A stretch of DNA of 64,000 bases, from the IMG/VR virus record IMGVR_UViG_3300003155_000137, positions 46,629 to 110,628 of that record. One strand, given 5' to 3'. The first letter of the stretch is position 1. The number at the start of each line of letters is the position of its first letter. The translations under genes were made by a program, and so were the position numbers. The notes below the pieces were generated by a model. It saw nothing but the letters and a program-made list of their open reading frames with translations. It searched no databases and was not told where the DNA came from. The DNA comes from a virus (Duplodnaviria > Heunggongvirae > Uroviricota > Caudoviricetes). Shown here in pieces: positions 59,192 to 64,000 of the stretch.

Positions 59192-59845
59192 ATGGCGATT
59201 GACGAATACACCGGCGACGCGCTGAAGACAATCAGCTATCTCATCGACGAGACCGACATGGAGACCGACCAGATCGTGGTGAGCTTCTACAACCACGCGA
59301 ATGACAAGTCGTTTGAAGTCGGACAAGGTGACGGGCTGGTCACGGAGAACGATGTGATGTCGCTGTCCGATGGTGAACCCTCCGAGGACGGGCTTGACTC
59401 CACGGTGAACCCGGCGCTCGTCGATGCGTTCAACGCCATCCTCTCCCTCGACTACTCATACGACTTCGAGCAGTGCGAGGACATGCTTGGCGCGTCCGAC
59501 ATCGGCGTCATGTTCCTGGTTCCGTCCGCGAACATCTCTGGACGCACGCCTGAACGGTCGCTTGACGCCGTCATGTCCGTGATAAACGATCCGAACATCG
59601 ACACCGACGAGATCGGCGTCACCCTGTATGACTGGGATGGGTACAACTACGATTTCCGGTACGGCGATCGCGTGACCGACGAGGATGTCGAGGCGATGTA
59701 CGACATGGAGTCCCCGGAGATGACCGACGGGGACTATACGGTCGATTCGCTCCGCGAGATGATTCAGGAGGTCGTGGACCTCGAAACCCCGTATGCGCCT
59801 CTCGGCTACTCCGTCACGGTTGACCTCAACGACCTCTCGTTCTGA
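59192..59845 (+). CDS. Hyper-acidic protein sharing a YDWDGYNYDFRYGD motif with 55236
   Basis: A GCCTCCGCCCC...GGGGGGAGGC hairpin lies upstream. Confidence 0.35.
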   Translation: MAIDEYTGDALKTISYLIDETDMETDQIVVSFYNHANDKSFEVGQGDGLVTENDVMSLSDGEPSEDGLDSTVNPALVDAFNAILSLDYSYDFEQCEDMLGASDIGVMFLVPSANISGRTPERSLDAVMSVINDPNIDTDEIGVTLYDWDGYNYDFRYGDRVTDEDVEAMYDMESPEMTDGDYTVDSLREMIQEVVDLETPYAPLGYSVTVDLNDLSF

Positions 59846-60035
59846 TTGACGTGCCTCAAGGCGGGGCCGGAACGCGGTTGCGCGAACCGTATCAACGCAC
59901 TCTAATGCGATTAGGCCATCCTCCGAGGAGGAAATGGAAGCGGGAGCCGGATTCCCTGTGCATCATGGGGGCCGGCTCCTGCGCTTTTATGTATCCCGTT
60001 ACCTTCTGAAGACCGGCAACGGGGGCGTCTCCGAA

Positions 60036-60045
60036 ACTAGAATTG
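60036..60045 (+). promoter_or_regulatory. Motif copy AAACTAGAATTGTATTCAGAG
   Basis: Upstream of homing endonuclease copy 4. Confidence 0.3.
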
Positions 60046-60097
60046 TATTCAGAGATGCGTCCGGCCTAAATCTTTTTGGAGGAGGTGCTAAGCCAAC

Positions 60098-61060
60098 ATG
60101 TCGTTCGAGTGCGATATCTGCCACAGGGAGTTCATGAAGCGGAATGCGCTTGGTGCCCACATAAAGTTCAAACACACCAAGAAGACGGATGCGGCGACCG
60201 TCAAGTGCCCGGAATGCGGCAGGGAGTGCAAGGGGACGCTTGGCCTCAATAGGCACATGAGGCTCAAGCATGACCCAAAGACCAACGCCACCATATCCGA
60301 AAATTCGAGACGCATGTGGGCGGACAAGGAAACCCACGACCGTATCGTCAGCGGAATCCGCAAGGCATACGAATCCGATGATGTCAGGCGAAAGGTGTCA
60401 GAGGCCACGTCCATCGCATTGTCGAATCCGGAAACCAGGGCAAAGCTCTCCGAGGCATCCAAAAGGATGTGGGAAAGACCGGAGTACCGTGAGAAGATGA
60501 GGCCATACATGAATCGCATCCAGCATGATCCCGAGATGCGCGAGCGCCACTCTGAAGCGATGAGCGCACACTGGGCCGATTCGGAATACAAAAGCCGGGT
60601 GTCCGCCCGCATATCGGAGTCGAACAGGAGAAGAATCGCCGAATCGACCGATGAGGAGTTGCAGAAATGGCTTGGCCCGCATCATGGCGTACATAGCGAC
60701 ATACTCAATAAAAGCGGGAAGAAGGTTCATTGTCAATCCTCGTTTGAGCTCAGATACTGCGAACTGCTGCTCCGCGACGAATCGGTGAAGGATTTTGACC
60801 GCTCCGGCTTGTGGCTCGACATCATCGGAACCGGAAGAAAGTACAATCCGGATTTCATGGTCGTGTTTTCGGATGGCCATCGTGAGCTGGTTGAGGTGAA
60901 AAGCTCGTTCTCGATACGAGACCCTCTTGTTCCGTTCAAGACCGAAGCGGCCATTTCATGGTGCGAAGAGAACTCAGCAGTATACAGATTGCTTAAGGAG
61001 GATCAGCTCGACATGTACGAATCACTCTTGAATGGAGACGATCATGGCATCATCGATTGA
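60098..61060 (+). CDS. Free-standing homing endonuclease (C2H2 fingers + NUMOD-like repeats + PD-(D/E)xK), copy 4
   Basis: FECDICHREF...H and CPECGREC...H fingers; repeats xxSExxKRMWxxPExRxK; nuclease motif YNPDFMV...VEVK. An ACTAGAATTG motif lies upstream. Confidence 0.6.
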   Translation: MSFECDICHREFMKRNALGAHIKFKHTKKTDAATVKCPECGRECKGTLGLNRHMRLKHDPKTNATISENSRRMWADKETHDRIVSGIRKAYESDDVRRKVSEATSIALSNPETRAKLSEASKRMWERPEYREKMRPYMNRIQHDPEMRERHSEAMSAHWADSEYKSRVSARISESNRRRIAESTDEELQKWLGPHHGVHSDILNKSGKKVHCQSSFELRYCELLLRDESVKDFDRSGLWLDIIGTGRKYNPDFMVVFSDGHRELVEVKSSFSIRDPLVPFKTEAAISWCEENSAVYRLLKEDQLDMYESLLNGDDHGIID

Positions 61061-61556
61061 TACGACACAGGCTAAAAATTTTGAGATCTGGGGGGCTGGC
61101 TTCGGCACGCTGAACTACAACGGCCAGCCGCTTGACCTCATATCGAACTTCAGCGATTCCGGACAGCCGGCGCTCGGACAGCCCATCGATGTGCAGACCA
61201 TCATGGACCAGCGGCCGAGATGTATCATACCGCCGATGGCCGTGAGCTCCGGAACCCTGACGTTCACCACATACGGCCTGAAGGAGGACGGCGTCTGGGG
61301 AACCGTCTTCAACGGAAGGTTCAAGACCGCACGGGACCTCGTGGACCTGTTCAACCAGCAGCTCGAGATGGGTGCCATCACCCTCAACTGGATCACCGTC
61401 GACCTCGACGGAACGCCGACCAAGTGCTTCCAGTATTCCGGGCTCGTCGTGACCAACGCCCAGAAGAACATCAACGTCGACAACAAGGGTGCCAGGACCG
61501 CCGAACAGACCTTCACCTGCAAGTACACCCGCGTCACCGAGCTGACCAATAGCTGA
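61032..61556 (+). CDS. Hypothetical protein, 174 aa
   Basis: 174-aa beta-rich ORF; no motif-based assignment. Confidence 0.3.
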   Translation: METIMASSIDTTQAKNFEIWGAGFGTLNYNGQPLDLISNFSDSGQPALGQPIDVQTIMDQRPRCIIPPMAVSSGTLTFTTYGLKEDGVWGTVFNGRFKTARDLVDLFNQQLEMGAITLNWITVDLDGTPTKCFQYSGLVVTNAQKNINVDNKGARTAEQTFTCKYTRVTELTNS

Positions 61557-61578
61557 CCGGCAATAGGGAGGACATGAA

Positions 61579-62928
61579 ATGCCGATAACCAACTCATATG
61601 CCTACGTGCCGCCGAGCGTCATCATCGACGCCCCCCAGGACCTCACCGGCGTCACCACCTACGTCGAACCCAGCACCGTGGCCATCGTGGCGAGGGTGGA
61701 CTCGTATCCCACGCGCACCATGTCAAGGGTGCTGGGCAACGGTGCCACGGCGGTCATCAGCGCCCCGAACGTCATCATGGAGTCCATCAAGCTGAAGGAC
61801 TACTCCGGAAAGGACCTGAAGAAGGACACGGACTACACCCAGACCCAGGACGAGGAGGCCCAGACCTTCTCCATCAAGGTCATCAACCCCGAGATCAAGA
61901 CCCAGTCCATCCTCATCAGCTACGAGTATCTGCCGGACGACTTCTTCGAGCCGCTGAAGTTCTTCACCATCAACTCGGTTGCGGAATACTATGGCGCTGC
62001 GTACAACGACGACTACACCATCAACTCCCCGATAACGGCCGCCGCGAGGTTCGTCTTCGCCAACGGAGGCGTCTCGGTGTGCGTGGTCCCGGTGTACGAC
62101 AAGGAAGAGGACGACTCGGAGAACCCGAAGCAGACCATCGAACAGGCCCTCGACAAGCTGAGGCTCCATCAGGACATCGCCATCCTCGTCCCCGTCGCGT
62201 TCACGTCGGAGGAGCTCATGGACGCCCGCGAGCACATCATCTGGTGCTGCGGCCACCAGCTCGAACGCAGGGGCATCTTCGCCCTCGACGGCACCACCAC
62301 CACCTACACCATAGACGACCTGTGCGCGGTGGCGGGCTCGATGGACTCCGAGCAGATCATGTTCATCCCCAACAACATCGCGTCCATCTACGTCAGCGAG
62401 ACGAGGCGCTCCCAGAACCTCCCCGGATGGCTCTATGCAGCGGCCGCGGCGGGAGTGGCCATAGCGGCCCCGTATTACCGCTCCCTCACCAGGCTGACGC
62501 TCTCCGGATTCTACGGCGTCCAGGCGTTCCTGTATGAGGAGAAGAACAGGCTGGCGACGGCCGGATGCTCGGTCATCGAGATGCAGAACGGCGTCATCCG
62601 CTTCAGGCACTCTGTGGTCACGAGACAGAGCATGATGCTCGACTGGAGCTATGCGGGAATCTACAACTACATCTGCGGCGCGCTCCGCACACTGCTCGAC
62701 GTGTACATCGGACAGCCCAGCTCGGACACCCTGCTCACCGAGATATACGGCACGGTCAACCTCTTCCTGACCCAGCAGGTGGAGTCCGGCGGCATCTACG
62801 CATTCGACTCGCTTGAGGTGTCGCGCAGGGCCAACAACCCCGAGGTCATCGACGTGAGCTTCCGTGTCGCGTTCCTGCGTCCGGCCCTGTGGATCGTCGT
62901 GACGTTCGACGTCGACCTGACCTACTGA
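61579..62928 (+). CDS. Hypothetical structural protein (weak resemblance to a contractile-sheath or major structural protein)
   Basis: 449-aa ORF with an HQLERRGIFALDG segment. The assignment is uncertain. Confidence 0.25.
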   Translation: MPITNSYAYVPPSVIIDAPQDLTGVTTYVEPSTVAIVARVDSYPTRTMSRVLGNGATAVISAPNVIMESIKLKDYSGKDLKKDTDYTQTQDEEAQTFSIKVINPEIKTQSILISYEYLPDDFFEPLKFFTINSVAEYYGAAYNDDYTINSPITAAARFVFANGGVSVCVVPVYDKEEDDSENPKQTIEQALDKLRLHQDIAILVPVAFTSEELMDAREHIIWCCGHQLERRGIFALDGTTTTYTIDDLCAVAGSMDSEQIMFIPNNIASIYVSETRRSQNLPGWLYAAAAAGVAIAAPYYRSLTRLTLSGFYGVQAFLYEEKNRLATAGCSVIEMQNGVIRFRHSVVTRQSMMLDWSYAGIYNYICGALRTLLDVYIGQPSSDTLLTEIYGTVNLFLTQQVESGGIYAFDSLEVSRRANNPEVIDVSFRVAFLRPALWIVVTFDVDLTY

Positions 62929-62939
62929 TCGGAGGAACG

Positions 62940-63287
62940 ATGTTCGAGTGCGATGAGTGCGGAAGGACGTTCCGCTCCGAGAGGGGGCTGAAGTCCCACA
63001 TGAGGACGCATGCCGATGAAACCGATGCTGCGTCCGCGCATGCCGTGGAACCGGCCCCGGAGGACGGGTTGAAGGACGCGGAGGGCGATTCGACGTCCGA
63101 CGAGAACACCGGAAATGCGTCCGAGGGCGACGTGCCGAAGGTCGATGGATTCCACGGGGCGATGTGGCGGGCCACCATGACGAGGAGGGGTGTGACCATC
63201 ACCCCGACCTCCGAATCCCATACCGGGAAGGCCGCGCCCGCCGACCCCAGGGTCATCCTCCGAAGGCTTGACACCGGAGGCATCTGA
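62940..63287 (+). CDS. Stand-alone C2H2 zinc-finger protein (its finger resembles the homing-endonuclease N-termini)
   Basis: MFECDECGRTFRSERGLKSHMRTH followed by an acidic linker. Confidence 0.35.
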   Translation: MFECDECGRTFRSERGLKSHMRTHADETDAASAHAVEPAPEDGLKDAEGDSTSDENTGNASEGDVPKVDGFHGAMWRATMTRRGVTITPTSESHTGKAAPADPRVILRRLDTGGI

Positions 63288-63976
63288 TGACGCTTGTGGA
63301 TGGTCTGAAGGTCCGCGTGAAGACGCGGCTGGTGAGGGCCGTGAGGGCCGGTCTGTCCGACGAGTTCTGGCACTCCATCGACGATTCGGTGGACGACCTG
63401 GACCCGAGCAGGCAGGTTCTCGACGAGTTCCCCGTCGAGAGGATGGCGTTTCCCATCCTCCGCGTCGGCGTGTCCTTCGACCAGTCCACATGGCTCAACA
63501 TGAACCGGTACTTCGTCAACGCGAGGACGCAACCGGATCAGGTGGGGCAGTGCAAAGTCAGATGCACCATAGACCTGTGGGCGCGTGACGCCAAGCAGCG
63601 CGACCGCATGGAGGACGCCCTGCTTCTGATGCTCATCTTCCAGTACACGAGACCAAAGAACATTGCATTCGTCAGAGAGCTTGACGCCGACCCGACGCTT
63701 GGTCTGCAACCGGTTCTGAACTCGATACGGATGGGTGCCGACTCGTCCACGAACAGGATACCGTGGAACGTCGACACGCAGGTGTACACCGGGTCTCTCT
63801 CGTTCGACCTCGTATGCACCTATCAGCTTTCCGAGCGCGAGGTGTTCGCCACGATCAGGGAGATCGACGCCCACATCCTCGACGAGAACGGCGATGAGAT
63901 GGGGGTCGTGGTGGTGCCACCCGAAGGCATGGACGGCGGAGACGATACCGACGACGACACTGGAGGTGGGCGATGA
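63287..63976 (+). CDS. Hypothetical protein
   Basis: ORF. Confidence 0.3.
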   Translation: MTLVDGLKVRVKTRLVRAVRAGLSDEFWHSIDDSVDDLDPSRQVLDEFPVERMAFPILRVGVSFDQSTWLNMNRYFVNARTQPDQVGQCKVRCTIDLWARDAKQRDRMEDALLLMLIFQYTRPKNIAFVRELDADPTLGLQPVLNSIRMGADSSTNRIPWNVDTQVYTGSLSFDLVCTYQLSEREVFATIREIDAHILDENGDEMGVVVVPPEGMDGGDDTDDDTGGGR

Positions 63977-64000
63977 GGGTGCCCAACACCGAGGCGAGAT

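Noticed and set aside
1-64000. CRISPR arrays, integrase or attachment sites, and rRNA.
   Set aside because: No spaced direct-repeat arrays were found. No tyrosine or serine recombinase motif was seen in any substantial ORF. No rRNA-like conserved stretches are present. Prophage versus virion status is therefore left open.

Overview
The window looks like one contiguous stretch of a large, high-GC (about 60%) actinobacteriophage genome, either a virion genome or a prophage interior. Almost every gene is on the + strand. A WhiB-family protein, a GH25+LysM endolysin and GC-rich hairpin terminators point to an actinobacterial host. No integrase or attachment site is visible, so prophage status cannot be decided. 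Position 1 to about 21.5 kb is a phage-encoded replisome and recombination module: a helicase C-terminal fragment, a DnaE-type Pol III alpha carrying an intein, a 5'-3' exonuclease, a DnaQ-like exonuclease, three tRNAs (Ala, Thr, Gly), a gp32-like ssDNA-binding protein, a RecA/UvsX-like recombinase, WhiB, a DnaC-like loader, a DnaB helicase and a DnaG-like primase. From 21.6 to 24.2 kb there is a terminase large subunit that is fractured by a split intein with a free-standing homing-endonuclease gene between the halves. From 25 to 38 kb is an accessory region: a decayed IS200/IS605 element (truncated tnpA plus intact tnpB), a second solo tnpB, a cluster of small Cys-rich peptides, an NfeD-like/SPFH operon, small DNA-binding proteins and a dUTPase. 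From 38.6 to 64 kb is a tail and lysis module (tape measure protein, a tail protein with an SLT domain, a tail protein with a CHAP domain, a baseplate-J-like protein, endolysin) mixed with a PNK-like kinase, a RusA-like resolvase, a lone reverse-strand gene and a run of hyper-acidic paralogous genes. The most notable recurrent themes are four paralogous homing endonucleases (C2H2 zinc finger + NUMOD-like repeats + PD-(D/E)xK nuclease), one of them inside the DnaE intein. Another sits between the halves of a split intein in the terminase, and a third is flanked by duplicated copies of the primase 5' end. There is also an ACTAGAATTG promoter-like motif repeated upstream of late genes. Several 5' leaders contain G8-G10 or C9-C10 homopolymer tracts inside hairpins.
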